Source: Clostridia bacterium
GTDB taxonomy: Bacteria; Bacillota; Clostridia; Oscillospirales; CAG-272
DNA length: 64,000 nt
Reading direction: 5' to 3'
Assembly: GCA_017547755.1 (NCBI GenBank)
Contig: JAFYOX010000117.1
Coordinates: forward strand, 7,684-71,683
Made by a program: the position numbers and the translations under genes. Positions 53,122 through 61,426 of this stretch are shown piece after piece; position 1 is the first letter of the stretch, and each line of letters opens with the position of its first letter. The notes below the pieces were generated by a model. It worked only from the letters and a program-made list of their open reading frames with translations, did no database searches and had not been told where the DNA came from.

Positions 53122-55794
53122 TCACCTGTTCGGTTTTTCCGGCGGATTTTTATCGTTTTTCCGTTTGCCGTACAGGACAGCTGCCGCCGCGAGAATGCCG
53201 ACGGATGCCGCACCGCAGACGAGCAGGGAAAGAAGATCGGTCTTCGACGATTTCACGGGCTGAGCGGAAACCGTTTCGGAGGAAGCGACGAGCGGTGTGA
53301 TCCGGAAGACTGCCGCGTCTTCCGCGGGGATCGTGTGGGTCAGGGAGGTACCGTCCATCAGACCTTCCTCACCGCGCCAGAGTTCCGCCGCCGTATAGAT
53401 CGTGCCCGCAGGGAGATATCCGGCGAGATCGTATCTGATCTCCGTTTCGGACGTGCCGAAATTGAAGACCGCGAAGTACATCGTGTCGCCGTCCGTCAGC
53501 CAGTACGCCTCCGCGCACCGCTGTCCGGCGGACACTTCGTACGGACGGAACATCCGTCCGAGTTTGGCGACTGCGGCGATGTCTGCGTTTCCGAACATTT
53601 TCAGAATGCGTTCATGCTTTTCCGGAATGGCCGCCGCGTCCGACAGATCGTCTCCGAGAAGGAAGCTGGTCCCGCTGATCGCACCGGAGGTAACGCGGCA
53701 TCGTGCTTCGCCTTCGGTGACATCCCCGTCTTTGCCCCAGACGACCAGATGGTCCGGATCGGGATAGGGATACAGTTCTTCTTCCCAGAAACACGCGGTC
53801 AGGTAACTGAGAACGTGTCTGGTATTATCAATGGAAGAGAATGCGTCACAGCTGATGCGCCGTCCGTCCGCATACTGATACGGGAAAAGCGGAGCAATGG
53901 AGAGATTGACATACAGTTTCCCTTCGCAGATCTCGGCGATCTTTGCCATGCCTGCGTTGTATGCCTGCATCCCCGTCGTGACCGACGGATCGTAATGCTG
54001 TCCTTCCACAGCGCCGTGCGTCATGAAATCCAGCTTGACATATTCGAATCCGAGGTCGATGAACCAGCGGAGTTTCTGTTCCATCCGCGCGATGGTGGCG
54101 GGATGGGTCGGGTCGAGCGCGTAGCCGCCGTCGAGTTTGCCGTACAGTCCGCTGCCGTCCGATTTCCGGATGGCGGCATCGTAATAGGTATAGTCGGAGC
54201 CTTCCATTCTGTGCGATTTCAGGGAAGCTTCGTCTCCGTGCCACGCCGTGAACGGCGTGTAGTAGATGCCGGCTTTCTGACCGTTCGCGTGACAGTGTTC
54301 CACGAACGCTTTCAGCGCGTCTTCCAGCGAAATATCCGTGGAAGGATCGTTATGGACGATAAAATCCCAGTAGGAGTCGATGTTGACATACACCGGCGCG
54401 CCGTCCTGTGTCCAGGCATCCTGCAGGTGTTCCCGGATGTAATCCGATACGGCGATCATGTCGCTGTATTTGACCTTATCCTGAAGAACGCCCCAGGAAT
54501 TGTAGCCGAAGGGAACGTCCGGAACGGATTCCTTCGGAGGAACCGTTTCCGCATTGGCTTTGGCGTACGCGGTCATACCGTCGCGCCAGTCGGCAAAATA
54601 GCCGATGAAAATTTTCGGGGAACGGATCTTGTTTCCGCTCACACTGCCGTGCGGGGAATTGTCGCGGGTCGCGCTGTCGGCGATGCCGCCGAAAACGGAG
54701 AAATCCCGGATGGTTCCGAGTACGGCATCGATCCGGATGCCGGTTTTCCAGACGTCGTGTTCCACGGAACCGACCACCAGTCCGGCACCGCTTTTTTCAT
54801 CAAACCACGCGGCGGCTTCATAGCTGTACGTACTGCGTCCGAGTTTTGCGGCGGAGAGCAGTGCGGGTTCCGTCCACTGGTCGTTGTCAAAGGGGATCTG
54901 TACGAAAACGCCGTCCGTCATTTCCGCCAGTCCGCCGGGATATACGGCGGCCGGCGTGATCCGGTTGGTCGAGAGATCTTCGCCGGAGACCTGCACTTCC
55001 GTGAAAAGAGCGGCGTTTAAATCGAAGGTCTGCGTCATGGTTCCGGAGAATGCCGGATGTCCGCTGTGCAGGAACAGGACAGTACTGCCGATCTGTTCCG
55101 TCATGTGAACGGTGAAATCATCGGAGGAGATCACCGCGCCGTCCAGAAGAACTTCCGCGTGTGCGTCGGTGAGGATGGCTTTGCCGTTCTCAGAGAACGA
55201 CCAGATCCCGTTGTTCGTGTCGCAGGTGAGCGTGAGATTTCCGGATTCAAATACCTGATCCGCACGGTTTTCGTAGGTGCGGACGACGGCTTCTTCCGCC
55301 GCCGGTTCGAGGATCTCGATCTTATCGAGGTCGGGGGCATACCAGTCGGAGCCGATCGTGAGATCGCCGCCCGCTTTCAGCAGAAGATCGATTTCCGCCG
55401 TTTTGAATCGGTCGAAGCTGCCGGTGGACGGGCAGGCAAGTTTGCTGGAATCCCCGTCGGTATACAGGAGGAAATAGCGGTCGTCGGAACCGGAAGCATA
55501 GCGGACACGGACGGTATAATAGCCGTCCGCCGGGAGTTCAAGATTGCGGAACGTGACCGTTCCTTCGGTTTTACCTCCGCATTTGCCGAGATTTCCGACC
55601 TTTTTGCCCGCATTGGAGGCACCTCCGGACAGTTCACCTTTTTCCGCTTCGAGCGTCAGGAGAATCTGTCCGGACGGTTCGGCTGCATTGATCGAAACAG
55701 AGTCATGTAAAAGCATAAATATCAATCCCGTAAGGATGAATAGCCATCCCAGTGCGTGCGCGAGTGAGAAAAATTTCCGTAGCATTGGCTGCAC
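53122..55794 (-). CDS. Cell-surface clan GH-D (GH27/alpha-galactosidase-like) glycoside hydrolase with N-terminal CBM6/35-like module and C-terminal membrane anchor
   Basis: 890 aa with an N-terminal signal/TM. The CBM-like region is LEAEKGELSGGA...YYTVRVRYASG...LDKIEI. GH27-type motifs are FGYNSWG, YVKLDF, GRRISCDAF and PDPDHLVV. The C-terminus is LLSLLVCGAASVGILAAAAVLYGKRKNDK (a TM span plus a basic tail, no LPXTG). Confidence 0.6.
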   Translation of the reverse strand: MQPMLRKFFSLAHALGWLFILTGLIFMLLHDSVSINAAEPSGQILLTLEAEKGELSGGASNAGKKVGNLGKCGGKTEGTVTFRNLELPADGYYTVRVRYASGSDDRYFLLYTDGDSSKLACPSTGSFDRFKTAEIDLLLKAGGDLTIGSDWYAPDLDKIEILEPAAEEAVVRTYENRADQVFESGNLTLTCDTNNGIWSFSENGKAILTDAHAEVLLDGAVISSDDFTVHMTEQIGSTVLFLHSGHPAFSGTMTQTFDLNAALFTEVQVSGEDLSTNRITPAAVYPGGLAEMTDGVFVQIPFDNDQWTEPALLSAAKLGRSTYSYEAAAWFDEKSGAGLVVGSVEHDVWKTGIRIDAVLGTIRDFSVFGGIADSATRDNSPHGSVSGNKIRSPKIFIGYFADWRDGMTAYAKANAETVPPKESVPDVPFGYNSWGVLQDKVKYSDMIAVSDYIREHLQDAWTQDGAPVYVNIDSYWDFIVHNDPSTDISLEDALKAFVEHCHANGQKAGIYYTPFTAWHGDEASLKSHRMEGSDYTYYDAAIRKSDGSGLYGKLDGGYALDPTHPATIARMEQKLRWFIDLGFEYVKLDFMTHGAVEGQHYDPSVTTGMQAYNAGMAKIAEICEGKLYVNLSIAPLFPYQYADGRRISCDAFSSIDNTRHVLSYLTACFWEEELYPYPDPDHLVVWGKDGDVTEGEARCRVTSGAISGTSFLLGDDLSDAAAIPEKHERILKMFGNADIAAVAKLGRMFRPYEVSAGQRCAEAYWLTDGDTMYFAVFNFGTSETEIRYDLAGYLPAGTIYTAAELWRGEEGLMDGTSLTHTIPAEDAAVFRITPLVASSETVSAQPVKSSKTDLLSLLVCGAASVGILAAAAVLYGKRKNDKNPPEKPNR

Positions 55795-55854
55795 GCGTTC
55801 CTTTCTGTGAAATATTCACGGCTGAGGGAGCATCTGTAATTTATATACCTTAAT

Positions 55855-55883
55855 ATAATAGCAGATTCGGACGGGATTGTCAA
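55855..55883 (-). promoter_or_regulatory. Promoter TTGACA-17-TATTAT for the GH27-like gene
   Basis: Reverse complement reads TTGACA atcccgtccgaatctgc TATTAT. Confidence 0.5.
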
Positions 55884-55936
55884 TGTAAGGAAGAGAAAGT
55901 GCCGCAGGAGCGTCCGGAAAAAGCATGGAAAACAAA

Positions 55937-55960
55937 AGACCTCCGGAGTTCCGGAGGTCT
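55937..55960 (-). terminator. Intrinsic terminator after the transglutaminase-like fragment
   Basis: AGACCTCCGGagttCCGGAGGTCT is followed on the minus strand by CTTTTGTTTTCC. Confidence 0.65.
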
Positions 55961-55968
55961 GACGGATC

Positions 55969-56310
55969 TTATTTCGCGTACTTGTAGCCGCTGTCAGCGG
56001 TCAGGGTGATAACGCAGTCTTCGAGAGCAGTTGCATTGATCACATGGAAGGAGCTGTCCATCATCAGGTCCATGGTGTACCAGGTATCGTTGAGGTATAC
56101 CTTGTTCCATGCGTGATAGCCGCCGTAGTAGTAGCCCTTTTCAATGGAGCAGGGGATGTTCTGGCTGCGGCAGAGCGCTGCAAACAGAGCGGCGTAGTCG
56201 TAGCAGATCCCCTTCTTGGATTCGAGGATGCTGGTGGTGTTGGGAACATATGCTTTCTTGCCGACCGGGTCATCCTTGGCGAAGGTGATCTCCTTCGTGC
56301 TTGGAGTAAT
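55969..56310 (-). pseudogene. Truncated transglutaminase-like cysteine-peptidase-fold gene (C-terminal 113 codons only)
   Basis: Not in the ORF track. My minus-strand translation is ...TKEITFAKDDPVGKKAYVPNTTSILESKKGICYDYAALFAALCRSQNIPCSIEKGYYYGGYHAWNKVYLNDTWYTMDLMMD...GYKYAK*. The Cys (GICYDY), His (GYHAWN) and Asp (TMD) triad pattern is present. An in-frame TGA at 56311-13 lies immediately upstream, there is no start codon or RBS, and the upstream gene's terminator abuts it. Confidence 0.6.
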
Positions 56311-56416
56311 TCAAGGGAAAATGCGATTCTTTATGGGAGAAAGATACATATATTTACAGATGTTTCTTCCTCTTTTCCGGAAAAACCGGAAAAGAGTGTA
56401 TCCGCAATAAAAAACT

Positions 56417-56443
56417 CCCGCAGGACAGCCGCTGTCCTGCGGG
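56417..56443 (-). terminator. Intrinsic terminator after the metallophosphoesterase gene
   Basis: CCCGCAGGACAGccgCTGTCCTGCGGG is followed on the minus strand by AGTTTTTTATTG. Confidence 0.75.
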
Positions 56444-56450
56444 AAAAGGT

Positions 56451-58202
56451 TCAGTCAAAAACGGTATAATCTCCGGTCAGGGCAATGTCGTCGAGGATGA
56501 CGAAATTTCCCTTCATGTTTTCGTCGGAGAGACAGTAGTAGAAGTAGATGTCCGTGATGCAGGTATCCGGAGTCAGCGGAGCGCCGGTTTCCGCCTGCAG
56601 CATGGATTCCAGCGGGAACGCGAACCATCCGCGCAGTCCGCGGACGGAAGAGCCTTCCGCCTGTCCGAAGCATCCGTCGCCGCCGTGCTTCATGGTCTGC
56701 CATTCGGTGCCGTCCGCGGGCAGATAATAGAACGGGGTGGGCGTGTCGTTGTCATCGGTGCGGTACGGCTGACGGACACGGTAATTTTCGACCACGCCGA
56801 AAGACGCCTTGCGGAAATCGATTTCCGCGGTCTCGCCGGTCAGATCCATCCAGATGCGCAGATAACGGTTTTCGCCGAGCAGTCCGGGCGTTTCCAGAGA
56901 GATCCGGACTTCCGCATTGTTGCCGTAGGTGTTGTCCGCGAAATTATGACGGGTAACGCCGAGCGCACGGGTGCCGTCAAGCCCGCGCTGATCGAGAATT
57001 TCCACGGCGATCCCGTCGGTTTCGGCTTCCGCGGAGACGTTGTTGTTCCATCCGCTGAAGGAAAGTTCCGGTTCATCCGCATCGAAGTCGAGAAGAACTC
57101 CGGCGGACAGCGGTCCGGCATCTTCCGCGGAAAGCACGGGTTCCATGCGGGATTCGTCGATGTAGCTCATGTAGGTTTCCGGATTGCAGGGATCGTCCGC
57201 ACGGATCACGAACATCCGCGCGCCGAACATATCTTCGTTGTGGTAGACGCCGTCGCTGACCGTGGAGGAATAGCACAGCTTGATGCCGCCGTATTCCGCC
57301 ATGTAGTCGTTGATGTGGTCGTGACCGCAGACAACTGCGCGGACATCACCGCGTCCGCGCAGTGCGGCGAACAATCCGGAATTGATCTCGGAGGCGCAGA
57401 CCGCTTCCCGCTTTTCGCCGGTATGCGGCAGAGCGGCACGGTTGACCCACGCATTGTAGTATTCCTGCAGAGGAATGTGGAAGACTATCAGACCCGGCAC
57501 GGCGGCGCCGTTGTATGCTTCCATCTGTTCGGAGGTTTCCGTGTACCACCGGATCTGTTCGGGACGGATATAATCGTAGGAACTGCCGGAATATCCCGCA
57601 AATGTGCTTTCAATGGGGAGATAGGCGGCGGATTCTTCCTCGGAAAGGTACATTCCGGAGTCGAGCGCCCAGACATTGAATAAAACCTCATCGCTGTCCG
57701 GAGCGAGGACGGGCAGTACGTAATTACCGATCCCGGGGAGATCTTCGTCCCCTGCCTGCGAAACGCAGTGTGCAAAGGATTCGTAGATTTTCTGCTGTTT
57801 TTCTTTCGGGACATTGTCGCCTTCGGCATCGTGGTTGCCGTAGACGTGTCCCCACGGGATCTGTTTTTCCTCAAGAATCTCCACCATGTCGGAAATGCAG
57901 TTTTTCAGCATCTGTTCGTCAGAGATGCCCCATGTGTTGTCGCCGCCGAACATGACGAGATCGGGAGATTCGCGTTCCACAAGAAGCGCGATATTGTTTT
58001 TTGTCAGATCGGTGAGCGCGTCGCCTCTGCCGTGAACGTCGCAGAATACGAGGATCCGGAATTCTCCGTTTTCGTCAAACCGGAGCGTATGACGGCTGTC
58101 CTGCCACGGAGACGCGGTGTCCGGTGTTCCGCCGTTTCCGCAGGCGGTCAGGATGCCGGCGGATAAAAGCGCGGCGGTATTTCGTAAAATTTTTCTGTTC
58201 AT
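56451..58202 (-). CDS. Metallophosphoesterase (calcineurin-like) lipoprotein with C-terminal beta-sandwich-like domain
   Basis: 583 aa with lipobox LSAGILTAC. MPE motifs are ILVFCDVHG, GGDNTW, GNHDAEG and VCGHDHIND. The ~250-aa C-terminal domain is of unknown family. Confidence 0.8.
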   Translation of the reverse strand: MNRKILRNTAALLSAGILTACGNGGTPDTASPWQDSRHTLRFDENGEFRILVFCDVHGRGDALTDLTKNNIALLVERESPDLVMFGGDNTWGISDEQMLKNCISDMVEILEEKQIPWGHVYGNHDAEGDNVPKEKQQKIYESFAHCVSQAGDEDLPGIGNYVLPVLAPDSDEVLFNVWALDSGMYLSEEESAAYLPIESTFAGYSGSSYDYIRPEQIRWYTETSEQMEAYNGAAVPGLIVFHIPLQEYYNAWVNRAALPHTGEKREAVCASEINSGLFAALRGRGDVRAVVCGHDHINDYMAEYGGIKLCYSSTVSDGVYHNEDMFGARMFVIRADDPCNPETYMSYIDESRMEPVLSAEDAGPLSAGVLLDFDADEPELSFSGWNNNVSAEAETDGIAVEILDQRGLDGTRALGVTRHNFADNTYGNNAEVRISLETPGLLGENRYLRIWMDLTGETAEIDFRKASFGVVENYRVRQPYRTDDNDTPTPFYYLPADGTEWQTMKHGGDGCFGQAEGSSVRGLRGWFAFPLESMLQAETGAPLTPDTCITDIYFYYCLSDENMKGNFVILDDIALTGDYTVFD

Positions 58203-59197
58203 TCATCCTGCGGTGCCGGAAGTTCCGCGGTGACGGCGCAGAGAGGGGCAGGCATATCGATTTTCCGCAGGAGAGTACCGTCCGTGACCGAAACAAAACA
58301 GACACAGTTCCCTGCTTCATTGGTCGCGATGATCCGGTCGCCAACGACAATGAAGTCCCGCGGATTGGCGCCGAAGGTCGGTACGGTCTTGCGGAAGACA
58401 AGTTTTCCGTCCGTGAAATCGAACACGGCGATGCTGTCGTGTCCGCGGTTGGAGGAATAGACCGTATTTCCGATACAGCGGATCGCCGCACCGGTGCTTT
58501 CGCCGGTGAAATCGTCCGGAAGTGCGGAGACCGTGTTGAGCAGTTCCATTTCGCCGTCGGAATACCGCAGAAGGGAGACCGTGGATTCCAGTTCATTCAT
58601 GCAGAAAACGTGCGTACCGTCCTCATGGAAGACAAGATGGCGCGGTCCGTGACCGTCGGGAAGACGTACCGCGGAGTGCGGATGCAGATCGCGGTCATAG
58701 AGGATGATCTGATCCATGCCGAGGTCGGTCACGCAGAGGAAGCGTCCGTCGGGGGTCGGGTGGACATAATGGGTATGCGCTTCGTTCTGACGTTCCGGAT
58801 TGACGCTGTGTCCGGTGTGCGTCACCAGAAGATCGGGCGTACGGAAGACACTGCCGGAGTCGTAGTTGACCGCGTAGATCTCTCCCTCATGGGCGCAGAG
58901 ATGGCACGCGGTTTCTCCCAGCGTGGGAAGAATTTCCGACGGATCGAACAGATCGCCGTTTTCGTCCATGCGGTACGTGACTAGACCGCTTTCACGGCGA
59001 CCATACGGATCGAGCAGGACGACGTGCATCGCCGGTTCCTTTCCGGAAAAGTCCGTGATCATGTACATGGGCGAAGGCATGGGCGTGAATCCTGCCGGTT
59101 CGGGAATTCCGTCCGTCAGGCGGTAGCGGTAGATTCCGCCGTCGGGAGCCGGAACGCAGGAAGCGATATAGAGATAACATACCATTTGTTCAGACAT
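58199..59197 (-). CDS. Lactonase family protein (7-bladed beta-propeller, YbhE/Pgl-like)
   Basis: 332 aa. Repeated propeller-blade motifs (GPRHLVFHEDGTHVFCMNELESTV, ANPRDFIVVGDRIIATNEAGNCV) are typical of the lactonase family. It overlaps the downstream MPE gene by 4 nt. Confidence 0.7.
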   Translation of the reverse strand: MSEQMVCYLYIASCVPAPDGGIYRYRLTDGIPEPAGFTPMPSPMYMITDFSGKEPAMHVVLLDPYGRRESGLVTYRMDENGDLFDPSEILPTLGETACHLCAHEGEIYAVNYDSGSVFRTPDLLVTHTGHSVNPERQNEAHTHYVHPTPDGRFLCVTDLGMDQIILYDRDLHPHSAVRLPDGHGPRHLVFHEDGTHVFCMNELESTVSLLRYSDGEMELLNTVSALPDDFTGESTGAAIRCIGNTVYSSNRGHDSIAVFDFTDGKLVFRKTVPTFGANPRDFIVVGDRIIATNEAGNCVCFVSVTDGTLLRKIDMPAPLCAVTAELPAPQDE

Positions 59198-59280
59198 TGT
59201 ATTTGCTCCTTTGATGGTTTTGGATTTATAAAAAACGCATCCGTTGTCCGGAGGATGCGCGGGGATCCGAGATTGGGAAC

Positions 59281-59310
59281 ATTATAGCATACGGCAAAAA
59301 GTCCTGTCAA
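59281..59310 (-). promoter_or_regulatory. Promoter TTGACA-18-TATAAT (extended TG) for the lactonase-MPE operon
   Basis: Reverse complement reads TTGACA ggactttttgccgtatgc TATAAT. Confidence 0.5.
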
Positions 59311-59329
59311 TTGTCTTTGCGGGATTGTC

Positions 59330-59358
59330 TTGAAAAGCGGCGGGATCCGTGGTATAAT
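59330..59358 (+). promoter_or_regulatory. Promoter TTGAAA-17-TATAAT (extended TG) for the oxidoreductase operon
   Basis: TTGAAA agcggcgggatccgtgg TATAAT is divergent from the lactonase promoter. Confidence 0.55.
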
Positions 59359-59403
59359 CGAGAAAAAGAATACGGAAAATCAATCACCGGAAGGAGAAAA
59401 ATC

Positions 59404-60423
59404 ATGGAAAAAACACTGCGTTACGCTCTTGTCGGATGCGGCAGCTTCGGCACCGTGCATCTGGATGTACTGACCCGTCTTGCCGGAACGGAGATCACGG
59501 CTCTGTGCGACATTCACCCGGAAAGCTGTGAACGGCTGAAGGAACGTTTCGGCCTGGACGTTCCGTGCTATACGGATTACCGCGAAATGCTGGCGGCGGA
59601 AAAGGAAAACATCGATATTGTGGACGTGGTCACGTCGGACAAGGCACATTGTCCGGTAACCCTTGCCGCGCTGGAAGCCGGATGTCATGTCATGTGTGAA
59701 AAGCCGATGTCCCTCTTCACGGAAGAATGCACGGCGATGGTGAAGAAGGCGGAAGAAAAGGGACTCCTGCTGATGGTGGGACAGGTCTGCCGCTGTGCGC
59801 CGGGCTTTGTGAAGGCGAAGGAACTGGTGGAAAGCGGCGAGATCGGCGAGCTGTATTTCGTCGAAAGCGAATACGCGCACGACTATACAAAGATCAAAGG
59901 TGTGGACGACTGGCGTGTGGATCCTGACCGTGAACCGATCATCGGCGGTGCGTGCCACGCGATCGACCTGCTCCGCTGGATCGCGGGCAATCCCACGGAT
60001 ACCACGGCATACAGCAACCATAAGGTGCTGACCGACTGGCCGGTGGACGACACGACGGTAGCGATCTTCCGTTTCCCGGATCAGGTGATCGGCAAGGTCT
60101 TCACCTCGATCGGATGCAAGCGCAATTACACCATGCGCACCGTTCTTTACGGGACGAAGGGAACGATCATCGTGAACAATACCGATCCGGTTCTCGACCT
60201 GTACCGCCTGCATCCGGACGGAAGTGCGGTGCTGACCCGTCTTCCTCTGGAGATCGACAATCATAATGTTATGGAAGAACACCGTCTCCTGCGGGAAGCG
60301 GTCCTGAACGGCGCACCGCTGATCACGACCGGTACGGAAGGCGCCAGAACAGTCGCGGTCTGCCGCGCAGTGGTGGAATCCGCCGAAACCGGAAAACCGG
60401 TAGAGATCGTATATCCCGTGTGA
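59404..60423 (+). CDS. Gfo/Idh/MocA family NAD(P)-dependent oxidoreductase
   Basis: ORF track gives 59311..60423. The start is ATG 59404 after GGAAGGAG. The Rossmann motif is RYALVGCGSFG, followed by the CEKPM motif. Confidence 0.85.
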   Translation: MEKTLRYALVGCGSFGTVHLDVLTRLAGTEITALCDIHPESCERLKERFGLDVPCYTDYREMLAAEKENIDIVDVVTSDKAHCPVTLAALEAGCHVMCEKPMSLFTEECTAMVKKAEEKGLLLMVGQVCRCAPGFVKAKELVESGEIGELYFVESEYAHDYTKIKGVDDWRVDPDREPIIGGACHAIDLLRWIAGNPTDTTAYSNHKVLTDWPVDDTTVAIFRFPDQVIGKVFTSIGCKRNYTMRTVLYGTKGTIIVNNTDPVLDLYRLHPDGSAVLTRLPLEIDNHNVMEEHRLLREAVLNGAPLITTGTEGARTVAVCRAVVESAETGKPVEIVYPV

Positions 60424-60471
60424 CATCCATATTCAAATTTCAACTTTTAACGATAATGTGAGGATACTGTT

Positions 60472-61290
60472 ATGCTGCCAACCATGAAGATCGGCGATGT
60501 CGAAATTTCCCGGCTGATCGTCGGAAGCAATCCATTTACCGGCAAATCCCATCTGAACGATGCGGTCGATGCCGATATGAAGTCGTATTTTACGGAAGAA
60601 CAGGCGTTTGCCATGCTGCGCCGCTGTGAGGAAGCGGGCATCAATGCCGTGCAGTCCCGCGGCAGTATGCCGGTGATGGGGCTGATCGGACGGTACCGTC
60701 AGTCCGGCGGAAACCTGCTGTGGCTGGCGCAGACCGGCAAGAATCTGACCACGTTCGACGAAGAACTGGACGAAATGATGAAGTATGATCCCGCCGCCGT
60801 GTGCATCCACGGAGAACTGGCGGACGAGCTGTACATGACCGGGATGCTTGACCGCCTGGAAGGACTGCTCGACAAGATCCGCCGGAAGAACGTTCCCTGC
60901 GGTATCTGCGCGCATTTCCCGGAAGTCCTGACCTATGCGGAAGAACACGGTCTGAAGCCGGACTATTACATGGCGTCCCTGTACAATCTTTCCCAGCCCG
61001 ACCGTTCGCATGACGTGAATCCCACCGGAGAACGCTTCGAGGACAGCGATATTCCCGTAATGTATCGGGTGATCCGGAGCCTGTCCGCGCCGACGGTCGC
61101 GCTGAAGATCCTTGGTGCGGGACGCCGCTGCGGAAGCGAAGAACAGGTGAAAGCCGCATTCCGTGAAGCGTTTGCATCCATGAAGCCGGGAGACGGCGTT
61201 CTGGTCGGCATGTTCGACAAGTACATTGACCAGCCCATGCGGAACGCGGAATATACCGCGGAAGCCATCCGTCTGGCGGAAGGAAAATAA
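60472..61290 (+). CDS. Conserved hypothetical protein (remote aldo/keto-reductase-like TIM-barrel resemblance, unverified)
   Basis: 272 aa with GAGGA RBS and balanced composition, unlike the Arg/His-rich antisense ORF 60433..61404. The N-terminus MKIGDVEISRLIVGSNPFTG...FAMLRRCEEAGINAV loosely recalls AKR N-termini. Confidence 0.5.
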   Translation: MLPTMKIGDVEISRLIVGSNPFTGKSHLNDAVDADMKSYFTEEQAFAMLRRCEEAGINAVQSRGSMPVMGLIGRYRQSGGNLLWLAQTGKNLTTFDEELDEMMKYDPAAVCIHGELADELYMTGMLDRLEGLLDKIRRKNVPCGICAHFPEVLTYAEEHGLKPDYYMASLYNLSQPDRSHDVNPTGERFEDSDIPVMYRVIRSLSAPTVALKILGAGRRCGSEEQVKAAFREAFASMKPGDGVLVGMFDKYIDQPMRNAEYTAEAIRLAEGK

Positions 61291-61426
61291 AAAACGTATG
61301 CCGCACGGTGCGGCAGGGAAGAATATTCTGCGCGGATAAAAAATATTTACAATATTGATGTTGCTCTTTTTTGAAAAATGTGGTACAACATCAAAGTGTG
61401 TCAAATTTACTATATCGGAGAATCAT

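Noticed and set aside
60433-61404. A 323-aa minus-strand ORF competing with the 272-aa plus-strand hypothetical gene.
   Set aside because: The minus-frame product is Arg/His/Phe-rich, which is shadow-ORF composition, and it spans the intergenic terminator and promoter. The plus-strand ORF has a GAGGA RBS, balanced composition and sits in an operon after the oxidoreductase.
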